From IMG/VR virus record IMGVR_UViG_3300025381_000007: a stretch of 64,000 nt of DNA, one strand, 5' to 3'. Of this stretch, positions 55,567 to 64,000 are shown piece after piece (the first letter of the stretch is position 1; every line of letters begins with the position of its first letter). A program made the translations under genes and the position numbers. Source of the DNA: a virus. The notes under the pieces were generated by a model. The model was given only the letters and a program-made list of their open reading frames with translations, did no database searches and was not told the origin of the DNA.

Positions 55567-56576
55567 AGTTCGTTATAAATCTTCAATAAAATGCTTTTAT
55601 CCATTTGACCGTTTTCTAAATTAATCAATCCATCTGTAACAATCTGGTCAACACTTTCAAACATAGTTTCAGTGTTTTCATCAATCATTCCGTTAGAGTT
55701 ACTTTTATCCTGAATCAAACTAAGTTCTCGGATATCGTAAAGGTTACTAAACTCATCTTTAATATAGTTTGCTTCTTCAAAACTAATAGGGATATCTAAG
55801 TTTACTTTTAAATGCATCTTAGATTTCATGATTGTGTCTTTCTTATCAATCATCTCACTAAGTTTGAGTACTCGATACTTAGGACAGTTATCCCAGTTAA
55901 TAAATTTAGGCTCGCCGCCCCATTCCATGATCATCATGCCACGTTCATCGTCCCAGTTATCTGCAAAGTTATGGGGAAAGGCATTACCAATGTACCAAAC
56001 CTTGCCTTTATTCTGTCGTTTATGGAAGTGTCCCGAAAAAATATAATCAGGACCGTCAAAGTCGTCAACTTTTAATTCACCGTGGTCGGGCATTTGTACC
56101 ATAGCATTCATATAAAACAACGGCAGTTCAAAGTGTCCAAACACATATCGGCTTTTCAACTTTTTCATTTCCTTCCACTCATCCCCGACAAGCCACGGGA
56201 CTAGGGTGACATCATCAAGAGTTGTTATACCCTCTACGACGGTAACTCCTGGAATATGGCGACCAAAGGCCGATGAATGAATATCACGCTTGTCTTTGTA
56301 AAACAAATCGTGGTTGCCGGGAAACCAAAAAAACTGCTCAAAGGCAGCACCTAGTTTTTCTAAACAGCGTAGACTACTATCTAATGTGAATAGGTTTAGG
56401 CTGTTTCGGTTGTGACTCCAATCGCCAAGGAAAATGCAAGTTTCACACCCTTGCTCCTTGGCGGTTGAAATAAACCAATCTACGAATTCTTCGCAATCTT
56501 GTAAATGTGTTGATGAATTGGACTTTAGACCATAGTGGATGTCGGTGAAACATGCCACTTTTTTAAATAGACCCAT
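55563..56576 (-). CDS. gp47: Recombination endonuclease nuclease subunit (T4 gp47/Mre11/SbcD-like)
   Basis: Metallophosphoesterase motifs DIHYG, GDW, GNHD, GHFE and GHFH; ATGA-coupled to gp46. Confidence 0.95.
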   Translation of the reverse strand: MGLFKKVACFTDIHYGLKSNSSTHLQDCEEFVDWFISTAKEQGCETCIFLGDWSHNRNSLNLFTLDSSLRCLEKLGAAFEQFFWFPGNHDLFYKDKRDIHSSAFGRHIPGVTVVEGITTLDDVTLVPWLVGDEWKEMKKLKSRYVFGHFELPLFYMNAMVQMPDHGELKVDDFDGPDYIFSGHFHKRQNKGKVWYIGNAFPHNFADNWDDERGMMIMEWGGEPKFINWDNCPKYRVLKLSEMIDKKDTIMKSKMHLKVNLDIPISFEEANYIKDEFSNLYDIRELSLIQDKSNSNGMIDENTETMFESVDQIVTDGLINLENGQMDKSILLKIYNEL

Positions 56577-56597
56577 TATTATAGTTCTCCTATAAAA

Positions 56598-56626
56598 AGT
56601 ATAGCGTGTACAATACTAAAGGTCAA
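56598..56626 (-). promoter_or_regulatory. Sigma70-type promoter for the gp47-gp46 operon
   Basis: TTGACC-N17-TATACT followed by an AGGAG ribosome-binding site. Confidence 0.8.
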
Positions 56627-57546
56627 GTAATAATGTCTTCGTTTTCTAGCTCTTCTTCGTCCGAGATATCTTCGCTCTTAGGCATACGCATATTTTTATA
56701 TAGTTCTGCTTGGCGAGCAATTTCTTCGGCATACTCTTGGCTGTTTTGTCTTGTTAGACTTGGAGTCAATCCTGCTTCTTCCAACAAGTCATCGCGAATA
56801 TTTTGACTCTTCTTTTCAATATTTAGAATACGAGTGAATGAATTTGTTACTGCGGCAGTATAGTAGGCAAATGGATTCTCGGATTTTGATTCATCAAACT
56901 GTAGTCCAATCTGACTTAGTTGAAGAATAGCCTGTCCTTTCATTTCATCGACATAAGTATACCCACGCCAGTTGCTACGTTGGGCATAGCGTTCGCTGAG
57001 TTTGATAAACATTTTGCCAAGATTTTCAGTAATGCGTCCGTGTTCTTTATTAAACTTACCAGTTTCGATAGGACCTTTCCAATGGCTTTTACCTACACAC
57101 ATTAGTTCGCCTTCGTCGTTAAACTTCCAATGTTGGAAAGGAGGAAAGTTTACTTTTTCATGACTGTCTGCACGATTTTTAACAGTCTTCTTGCGTCCCG
57201 GGGCAAGCGGGATATGATCGAATGTCATTATTCTGATTACAATATCTGTTTTTGCGATAGTTTTATAATCAGGAGTACATTCTGCTAGTTTGATTTTCTT
57301 ATCGCCATCTGCTCTTGCTTGAGCAAATGCTTGTAAACCTAGTCTTTTAGCACGAGCACGTTTGGCATCTGCTATAGTTCTAATGTTTACCTTGTCGAGA
57401 CTTGTTAAAATGATATCGTGTTGTTGATATTCAGGTTGCAAAAAACTTGAAAATGAACATTTACTACGATGAATTTCTGCTAATAAGTCTCTGTTGTTTA
57501 AGTATTTTACCTTTCTGCCGGTCGGCGCGATAGTTGTTGTTGTCAT
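56623..57546 (-). CDS. gp55: Late-transcription sigma factor (T4 gp55-like) with an internal insertion
   Basis: YLNNRDLL; LGKMFIKLSERYAQRSNWRGYTYVDEM and FDESKSENPFAYYTAAVTNSF.RILNIEKK are gp55-family motifs. Confidence 0.85.
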   Translation of the reverse strand: MTTTTIAPTGRKVKYLNNRDLLAEIHRSKCSFSSFLQPEYQQHDIILTSLDKVNIRTIADAKRARAKRLGLQAFAQARADGDKKIKLAECTPDYKTIAKTDIVIRIMTFDHIPLAPGRKKTVKNRADSHEKVNFPPFQHWKFNDEGELMCVGKSHWKGPIETGKFNKEHGRITENLGKMFIKLSERYAQRSNWRGYTYVDEMKGQAILQLSQIGLQFDESKSENPFAYYTAAVTNSFTRILNIEKKSQNIRDDLLEEAGLTPSLTRQNSQEYAEEIARQAELYKNMRMPKSEDISDEEELENEDIIT

Positions 57547-57572
57547 ATTGTTATTATTTTCCTAACTTTTTT

Positions 57573-57600
57573 AGTTTAGCACGGAAATTGCTAGTGTCAA
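57573..57600 (-). promoter_or_regulatory. Sigma70-type promoter for the gp55-like gene
   Basis: TTGACA-N16-TAAACT with an extended TG. Confidence 0.7.
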
Positions 57601-57625
57601 CCGAATCTTTAAAATATTAGCACTT

Positions 57626-57641
57626 TATTTAAGGTTAAATA
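57626..57641. promoter_or_regulatory. Back-to-back late promoters TATTTA-AGGT-TAAATA
   Basis: The plus motif precedes the baseplate operon; the minus motif points at the gp55-like gene. Confidence 0.6.
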
Positions 57642-57662
57642 GTATATCAAGGAATAATATTT

Positions 57663-58496
57663 ATGCCCCTTTCCGGAAACTATCAATTTGTATCTAATAC
57701 ACCTACAGCAGATGTAGCCAACGCCCCTGTGGTTGGTGCTTCAGACTATAATGCTAATGTATTAGCGGCTATTGCTAAAAATCCTGCAGGTACCGTTACA
57801 GCCAGTGGCGCTGCTCGACCTGCACAAAGTATTCCGGGTGCTGAAGTAGGTGTACAGTTACAAACTCCTTTAGTTACTAATGCTAATAAAAAAACTCAAG
57901 ATATGAGAGTTAGAATTCAAGTACCTACATTATATCAATCAGCAGTATATACGTCTGGCGCTGGCGGCAATTTAAAATCACTGAATAGCATTATTTTTCC
58001 ATACACTCCTCAAATTAGTTTTGAACACAAAGCCGATTATGCTACTGAAAACCCAATTCATAGTAACTATTCAATCAACTTTTATAAAAGCAGTTATGTA
58101 GGTGACATTAGTATTCAAGGTGTTTTCACTGTACAAAATACTACAGATGCTGTAACTTATCTTTCAACTGTGCATTTGTTAAGAGCATTGACTAAAGGTA
58201 GATTTGGTGGTAGTGATAATCTAGCTGGTAGTCCGCCGCCCATTTGTAGATTACATGCCTATGGAACTTTTATGTTAGATAGCGTTCCTATTGCTATTCA
58301 AAGTTTTAAAATAGATTTACCAAATGATGTAGATTATTTTTATTTGAACGATCCTTCATTTCTAGAAGCATCAGTTCCTACCAAATCTACTATAATTCTA
58401 CAATGTAAACCTATGTACAGTAGACAGGAAATGCTTGACAATACAGTATCAGGATGGATAGGTTCTCCTGCTCAACGCCAAAAAGGATTATTATAA
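57663..58496 (+). CDS. Baseplate/tail-tube initiation protein (gp48-like)
   Basis: IIFPYTPQISF, HSNY, ISIQGVFT, FLR-like LLRALTK and GSPPPICRLHAYG..M...PIAIQSFKIDLPNDVDY resemble tube-initiator proteins. Confidence 0.65.
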   Translation: MPLSGNYQFVSNTPTADVANAPVVGASDYNANVLAAIAKNPAGTVTASGAARPAQSIPGAEVGVQLQTPLVTNANKKTQDMRVRIQVPTLYQSAVYTSGAGGNLKSLNSIIFPYTPQISFEHKADYATENPIHSNYSINFYKSSYVGDISIQGVFTVQNTTDAVTYLSTVHLLRALTKGRFGGSDNLAGSPPPICRLHAYGTFMLDSVPIAIQSFKIDLPNDVDYFYLNDPSFLEASVPTKSTIILQCKPMYSRQEMLDNTVSGWIGSPAQRQKGLL

Positions 58497-58795
58497 TGGC
58501 TGTCTATAACTCATTAAGTCCGTATTATACAACAAATCAAGCGTATGGTTATTTGGATGTTATAAACTGGAGACAGATACCTTCAGAAGTAGATGATATT
58601 TTATATACCATTCCTAAAAACTATGAATTTAGACCCGATTTATTGTCTTTTGACTTATACGGTGATGTAGGTTTATGGTGGGTATTTGCTGTAAGAAATC
58701 CTCAAGTTATTCAAGATCCTGTTTTTGATATGATAGCTGGCCTACAGATTTATCTACCTAAACTAAGTTCAATTAAAGTAACTTTAGGAATATAA
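58496..58795 (+). CDS. Baseplate wedge protein (gp53/LysM-like); start reassigned to ATG 58496
   Basis: YEFRPDLLSFDLYGDVGLWWVFAVRN motif; TAATG overlap with the upstream stop. Confidence 0.8.
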   Translation: MAVYNSLSPYYTTNQAYGYLDVINWRQIPSEVDDILYTIPKNYEFRPDLLSFDLYGDVGLWWVFAVRNPQVIQDPVFDMIAGLQIYLPKLSSIKVTLGI

Positions 58796-58796
58796 T

Positions 58797-61700
58797 ATGC
58801 CTAATGCAGATAATCTTTATTCACCGACTGGCTATCCTTGGCAATCAGTAACATATGGAACTCTTTCAGGCAAATCAACTGATAGTTCAGTACAACGTAA
58901 AACTTCTAATGCAGGGTGGCCTCCTACTGTAACAGGTAGCGGTGTTGGTCCTACTAAATCTAATCTAGAGGAATTAAAAGCACAACAACGAGCAACTCCT
59001 GGAGAGAATGTTTTAAACAAATATAGATCTGTATCTTATAACCTTACTTTTGCGGCTTTAAACAAATCGCAAATTAATGACCCCTCGTCATTTAATCCAC
59101 AAAGACCTGGATTTATTATTGCTTCTACAAAAGGTAAGACTCAAATGGGGCCTAGTCCGACATTTAGTAATGTTCCTGCCCCTCCGTCTACATCTGCAAG
59201 TTCTCAAGATACTACTACCTACAAATTTGTTGACGAAATAACGGGACAAGTCCAATCAAATAATGTTGTTGAAAATAATGTTCCTTCTTCTATTCCTAAT
59301 GAAACATCGGGTATAGTAAATCAACAAAATCAAACTCGCCAATCGCAAGTTGATTCTTATAATAAAGTAAGTTCTGGAAAATACGACATGTATATCGACA
59401 ATGTTGATATAGTAACACTATGTTCTTATACAAACGATGTTAAAACAGCATTGGCTACCGAAATACATTTTGAAATTGTAGAACCTTATAGCATTAATGG
59501 ATTCATGGAAGCCATACAAGCTGGCGCTTTATGGGGAGGATTTAATGATTACATTTCTGGATCTTATGCCCTGATCGTGGACTTTTATGGGTATCCAGAT
59601 GACGAGGGTACTCCGGACCCTGTGCTGATTGCAGAAGCAACTCGTGTGTTTACAGTTGGTATCATAAATGCAGAAATTGATATCAATAATAGAGGAACAG
59701 TATATAAAGTAGCCGTACAACCAGTTAGTGCCAAAGCCCTAAAGGTATCGTCGTCTAGTAATACTAGAGGTATGACTATTAAAGGTAAGAGCGTAGAAGA
59801 AATGTTAAAAAACTATGCTACCATACGTAATAATCAAAACATAGATGATGCTCAATCTACTAATATTCCTGTTGCCCAAGTTGATTCTTATTCAATAATT
59901 TTTCCAAGGCTTGATGAAAACGGCAATCCTATGGTAGATAAAAACGGTAACATTATAGGAGAACCTAATGAAATTGCTAAAGCAACTCATAAACATGTAA
60001 ACCCTCCTATGAACGATACTGCAACACCGGGTACAGCATATCAGGTGTCGTCACAACTAAAACAGCCTAGTAGTGCTTCCGGTTCTAATATTGTTTTTGA
60101 CGAACATCAAGCAACCTTTGCATCTGGTGTGGACATTCTAACTGTGATACAATCTGTAGTTATGGATAGTTCTTATATTGGCGATACACTAGAAGCATTT
60201 TATAAAAGCGTTAAAAATAAAACAAGTTTAGGTAGTAACATAGTTGACGAAAACGGCAACATTAAATATTTTAGTGTTATTCCAAAAGTCTATGTAAATC
60301 CTGGAAATAACAACGAAACAAATCAGCCCCCTACAAAATATGTTTACATGGTTGTACCGCGTAAGATATTATATAATTCTGCATTACCCGGAGCTAGTCG
60401 AGATGTAATTTCTCAAAAGGTCATTAATAATCGAGTTAGTCGTGTTTACAACTATATCTATACAGGACAAAATACCGATGTATTAGATTTTAAAATAAAG
60501 TTTGATGCACTATTTTTTGAAGAGTTACCAAAAGCAATGGGAAACTCAACACAGAATCCTTCTGCTACTAGTTCTTCTCCTAATAATTCAGCTAACATAG
60601 AACGTAATCCTCAACCTTCTGCTCAAGCATATAATACTCCGCAGGCAACTGCTCCGCAAAAAGGAACGTATAATCAATCTTCAAATGCCCCCGACGGGCA
60701 GGTAAATGCTAAAGATAGGATAGAGGAACCGTGGGAACAAATTAAAAAAGCCATGTATGGTGTAATAAACAATAGTAAGTCGGGATTAATCAGTGGAGAA
60801 ATAACTATATTAGGTGATCCTTTCTTTTTAACTGATGCTTCAAACGGTAATAGTTCTATGGTTTCGCCGGGAGCGTCGATAAAATCTACAGTCAACCCTT
60901 CAACTAGCGAAGTTAATATTTTAATTAATTTTAGAAATCCTACCGACCTTAATGATGGTACTGGATTTATGCAGTTTGATAATAATGAAGTAGCATTCAG
61001 CGGAATGTATAAAATTATTTCTATTAGGCATGAATTCAAACGAGGAGTTTTTAAACAAACATTAGAAATTGTTAGATCTCCTAGTCAGGCAACAAAAACT
61101 TCTAGTCAAGAAGAAAGTACTCCGGGATCTTCTTGGAATTCTGCTGCCAATCCGAATGATCAAAGTGCAGTTAACTCCGGTCCTATACCAGCACCAGTTA
61201 ACGGCAATCAAATTAATGTAAATGCGGTAACTTCGTTGCCTACCACAACAAACTCTGACCCTGGATCATTAAGCGGAAACTTATCGGGCGCCAGTGGAGC
61301 ACAAAATTCCGTATCTTCTTTATACGGTATTGCTCCTGGAAATAACACTTCGTCGCTGGGCATTAAAGCCAGTGCTGGTGCATTATTTGCTGCTCAATCT
61401 TCTTTAAACGAATCGGCAGCATTGGTTACTTCTGCACAAAAAGTTCTCAACCAAGCAATACCTGGAACATCTTTAGCACAGGTTACTAATGTTGCATCGA
61501 CACTAAACTCGAAATTATCAAGTGTATTAAATCCCAACGCTCTTGCTGTGTCTCCTAGTTTGGCAATAAATCAAGTGGGACAAAATATAAATCAAGTGCT
61601 AAATGGCTCAGTTAATAACATTGCTAATCAGTTCAAAATAAATCCTGTGGGTCTTACTGGGTTAACTGGAGCAATATCGGGGGCATTGTTGGGTAGTTTA

Positions 61701-62147
61701 ATAGGTAGCGGCAAAGGCAAACAAGTAGCAACCGCGTTAGGTGCGTTAGCGGGATTGGCTGCAACTATACCAAAAAATGTTAATCTACAGCAAGCGTCTA
61801 GTCAAGGTTTGAACATCGAAGGAATGACACAACAAGAAATAAAAAATCTACCTCCTATTGTGGCACCTCAGGTTCCTAATCTCACATCCTTTATTCCTAC
61901 TACGACCGCAGTTGGTATCAACAATCCTTTGTCTAACCTTACTTCGGGTCCGTTAGCATCAATACAAAGTGGTCAACTTGGTTCTGGATTATATCAAATA
62001 ACACAGGCTACAAATATATCTACATCCGTTGAAGGAATACAACAACTTACTGGACAAGCAGCCAGTGTGGGTCAGTCTGTAATAAACACAGTTGGTAGTA
62101 AAACTGTAGCCTCATTATCACCACTTGTAAATACTATAAACGGATAA
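58797..62147 (+). CDS. Baseplate hub protein (gp27/contractile-injection hub-like) with low-complexity C-terminus
   Basis: YNYIYTGQNTDVLDFKIKF, GEITILGDPFFL and FSGMYKIISIRHEFKRGVFKQTLEIVR are hub-type motifs; lies between the gp53-like and gp5-like genes. Confidence 0.65.
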   Translation: MPNADNLYSPTGYPWQSVTYGTLSGKSTDSSVQRKTSNAGWPPTVTGSGVGPTKSNLEELKAQQRATPGENVLNKYRSVSYNLTFAALNKSQINDPSSFNPQRPGFIIASTKGKTQMGPSPTFSNVPAPPSTSASSQDTTTYKFVDEITGQVQSNNVVENNVPSSIPNETSGIVNQQNQTRQSQVDSYNKVSSGKYDMYIDNVDIVTLCSYTNDVKTALATEIHFEIVEPYSINGFMEAIQAGALWGGFNDYISGSYALIVDFYGYPDDEGTPDPVLIAEATRVFTVGIINAEIDINNRGTVYKVAVQPVSAKALKVSSSSNTRGMTIKGKSVEEMLKNYATIRNNQNIDDAQSTNIPVAQVDSYSIIFPRLDENGNPMVDKNGNIIGEPNEIAKATHKHVNPPMNDTATPGTAYQVSSQLKQPSSASGSNIVFDEHQATFASGVDILTVIQSVVMDSSYIGDTLEAFYKSVKNKTSLGSNIVDENGNIKYFSVIPKVYVNPGNNNETNQPPTKYVYMVVPRKILYNSALPGASRDVISQKVINNRVSRVYNYIYTGQNTDVLDFKIKFDALFFEELPKAMGNSTQNPSATSSSPNNSANIERNPQPSAQAYNTPQATAPQKGTYNQSSNAPDGQVNAKDRIEEPWEQIKKAMYGVINNSKSGLISGEITILGDPFFLTDASNGNSSMVSPGASIKSTVNPSTSEVNILINFRNPTDLNDGTGFMQFDNNEVAFSGMYKIISIRHEFKRGVFKQTLEIVRSPSQATKTSSQEESTPGSSWNSAANPNDQSAVNSGPIPAPVNGNQINVNAVTSLPTTTNSDPGSLSGNLSGASGAQNSVSSLYGIAPGNNTSSLGIKASAGALFAAQSSLNESAALVTSAQKVLNQAIPGTSLAQVTNVASTLNSKLSSVLNPNALAVSPSLAINQVGQNINQVLNGSVNNIANQFKINPVGLTGLTGAISGALLGSLIGSGKGKQVATALGALAGLAATIPKNVNLQQASSQGLNIEGMTQQEIKNLPPIVAPQVPNLTSFIPTTTAVGINNPLSNLTSGPLASIQSGQLGSGLYQITQATNISTSVEGIQQLTGQAASVGQSVINTVGSKTVASLSPLVNTING

Positions 62148-62153
62148 TAAAAT

Positions 62154-64000
62154 ATGGCATTTGATGAACGAGCAAGAGTCCCTCCCAAAAATTCAGGACC
62201 ATTCATTGCGGTTATTACTAATCATAACGACCCTTTAAAAATGGGTCGATTAGAAGTTGCCCTGATAGACGGTATGCAAAACTCCACTACTGTCAAAGGA
62301 GAAACCTATGTTGCCAAATATTTAAGTCCATTTAGTGGCGCAACTTCTGTTGACTATGAAGGCTCCGATGCTTCCAAGTTCAGCGATGTACAAAAGAGTT
62401 ATGGCTTTTGGATGATACCTCCTGACATCGGTAGTAGAGTTATGGTTATTTTTGCACAGCAAGATCCTAACCAATGTTATTGGATCGGTAGCGTACAAGA
62501 TACATATCAAAACTACATGATTCCTGGTATTGCGGCTTCGTCATCGACTTATATGACATCTGAGCAGCAGCAAAAATATAGTCAGGCTACCTATTTGCCA
62601 GTGGGCGAATACAATAAAAAGACTGAGTTATTAAAAGATCCTAGAATCGATCAAAAACCTAAACCAGTTCATCCATTCGCTGATAGACTTTTACAACAGG
62701 GTTTATTAATGGATCCTGTTCGCGGTCCTACATCTAGTAGTGCTCGCAGAGAAACACCTAGTCAGGTATACGGAATCAGTACACCTGGCCCATTAGATCC
62801 CAAAGGACCTGTTAGAGCCATTAACGGTGATAAGAATGTTGTTGCCCCAGTTAGTCGATTAGGTGGTTCTACATTTGTCATGGACGATGGTGATGTCAAC
62901 GGACAAAATGAACTAGTTAGAATCCGTACAAGAACAGGACATCAAATCTTGTTACACAATACCAATGATTTAATTTATATCGGTAACTCTACAGGAACAA
63001 CATGGCTTGAAATGACCAGTCATGGTAAGATAGATATATTTGCTCAGGATAGCATTAGTATTCATACTGAAGGTGATTTTAACTTTAGAGCAGATAGAGA
63101 TTTTAATTTAGAAGCAGGCCGTAACTTTAAAATCACAACCATGGGATCAAATGCTGGAGATGTTAGTATAACTTCTGGCGGCAACTTAAATGTTACAGGA
63201 ACTAAGTTCTTAATGTCGTCGCCGGGGGATTTTAATCTTTCAGCAGGCGGCAATATGAATTTACATACCGGAGGAACTTATGGATTAAGTTCTAAATCTG
63301 ATATAAACTTATTGTCTGGTAAAAATTCTAATCTAACCGCAACATCGCAGTTTAATATAAAATCTGGTTTTAAAAATGTAGTAGCAATCACTGCTGGTAC
63401 AGATATATCTTTAAATGCTAAAGATTCTGTTACTGTGGGAAATACTACAGATTCCCCTCCAGTGTTGTACACTGACAACTCCAGAACTCCTACTGTTGCC
63501 GATGCTGCTACTGCGCCTACAGTTACAAAACCTATATCGCCGACATTATTCAGTGTGCCGGTCCGAGATGTTTCCAAAGGTTGGCAAAATGGAAACCTAT
63601 ATAATGGCGGCACCTTATTGACAACTATGCAACGTGTCCCTATGCACGAGCCATGGGATCAACATGAAGATGTTAATCGTCTACAGTTTTCGTTGGCATA
63701 TACTGATGCTGGAATAGGTCCCAGTGTTAGAGCTTCTAATGGATCAGTCATTCCTGCAGGACCTAGTGCAAATACCCCTTATCCTGCACAAGCTGGTCCA
63801 GGCATAGATAATGGCGTAGTTCGCGGACAAAAATTCCCATGGAGCACTGATCAACCTTTCTTGGAAGCAGTTAAGAATGTAGCTGAAGGATTTAATTTTG
63901 ACCCATTAGATTTATTAGCAGCAATGTGGAATGAAACTGGCGGAACATATGATCCTGCTATTAAGAATCCATTAGGATCAGCTACAGGATTGATACAATT
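62154..64000 (+). CDS. Baseplate central spike (gp5/VgrG-like) with a lytic transglycosylase-like domain; truncated by the window end
   Basis: Not in the ORF track. Manual translation gives an OB-fold DPLKMGRLEV...SYGFWMIPPDIGSRVMV.F...YWIG, then RIRTRTGHQILL and beta-helix repeats; the window ends in the same frame at LLAAMWNETGGTYDPAIKNPLGSATGLIQ. I did not check every intervening codon. Confidence 0.8.
   Translation, partial: MAFDERARVPPKNSGPFIAVITNHNDPLKMGRLEVALIDGMQNSTTVKGETYVAKYLSPFSGATSVDYEGSDASKFSDVQKSYGFWMIPPDIGSRVMVIFAQQDPNQCYWIGSVQDTYQNYMIPGIAASSSTYMTSEQQQKYSQATYLPVGEYNKKTELLKDPRIDQKPKPVHPFADRLLQQGLLMDPVRGPTSSSARRETPSQVYGISTPGPLDPKGPVRAINGDKNVVAPVSRLGGSTFVMDDGDVNGQNELVRIRTRTGHQILLHNTNDLIYIGNSTGTTWLEMTSHGKIDIFAQDSISIHTEGDFNFRADRDFNLEAGRNFKITTMGSNAGDVSITSGGNLNVTGTKFLMSSPGDFNLSAGGNMNLHTGGTYGLSSKSDINLLSGKNSNLTATSQFNIKSGFKNVVAITAGTDISLNAKDSVTVGNTTDSPPVLYTDNSRTPTVADAATAPTVTKPISPTLFSVPVRDVSKGWQNGNLYNGGTLLTTMQRVPMHEPWDQHEDVNRLQFSLAYTDAGIGPSVRASNGSVIPAGPSANTPYPAQAGPGIDNGVVRGQKFPWSTDQPFLEAVKNVAEGFNFDPLDLLAAMWNETGGTYDPAIKNPLGSATGLIQ

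Noticed and set aside
347-63621. Many short ORFs in the track that overlap large genes (e.g. 6086-6553, 25898-26212, 43891-44349, 60674-61039)
   Set aside because: They lie antisense or off-frame to well-supported genes, lack motifs and ribosome-binding sites, and are expected from Thr/Ala/Gly codon bias.
1-64000. Stop-codon reassignment (as in some large phages)
   Set aside because: Core genes are intact and full length under the standard code, and TAA, TGA and TAG all end genes at sensible positions.

Overview
This 64-kb window is the virion morphogenesis region of a large T4-superfamily-like myovirus; the host cannot be determined from the sequence. It uses the standard genetic code, and I saw no tRNAs, CRISPR array, integrase or reverse transcriptase. 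From left to right: partial head-completion nuclease (gp4-like), tube-like protein, tail tube, tail sheath, degenerate HNH/Zn protein, dNMP kinase, neck and tail-completion genes (gp13-like divergent from gp14/gp15-like), Nudix hydrolase and a glycosyltransferase-like gene. These are followed by about 30 kb of Ser/Thr/Gly-rich fibre and structural genes (up to 2591 aa), then major capsid, scaffold, protease, acidic prohead protein, portal and a tape-measure-like gene. The right end holds the gp26/gp51-like pair, a ~480-nt structured non-coding region, Zn-ribbon and GIY-YIG ORFs, gp46/gp47, gp55-like late sigma and a baseplate module (gp48-, gp53-, hub- and gp5-like, the last truncated). Main observations: (1) a candidate large structured ncRNA at ~52371-52850, ending the gp47-gp46-GIY-YIG operon; (2) a T-TTT-TTC -1 slippery site that would fuse the gp26-like and gp51-like ORFs in lambda gpG/gpGT fashion; (3) the gp15-like gene's well-positioned GTG start is joined to its conserved frame only by a -1 shift on a T7 run; (4) a two-tier promoter map (sigma70 before non-structural genes, TAAATA before structural genes) with several apparently leaderless late mRNAs; (5) a glycosyltransferase next to a Thr-rich collagen-like fibre; (6) nine CxRD helical repeats in the 2591-aa protein. 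All product calls come from recognising motifs and gene context by eye, not from database searches.
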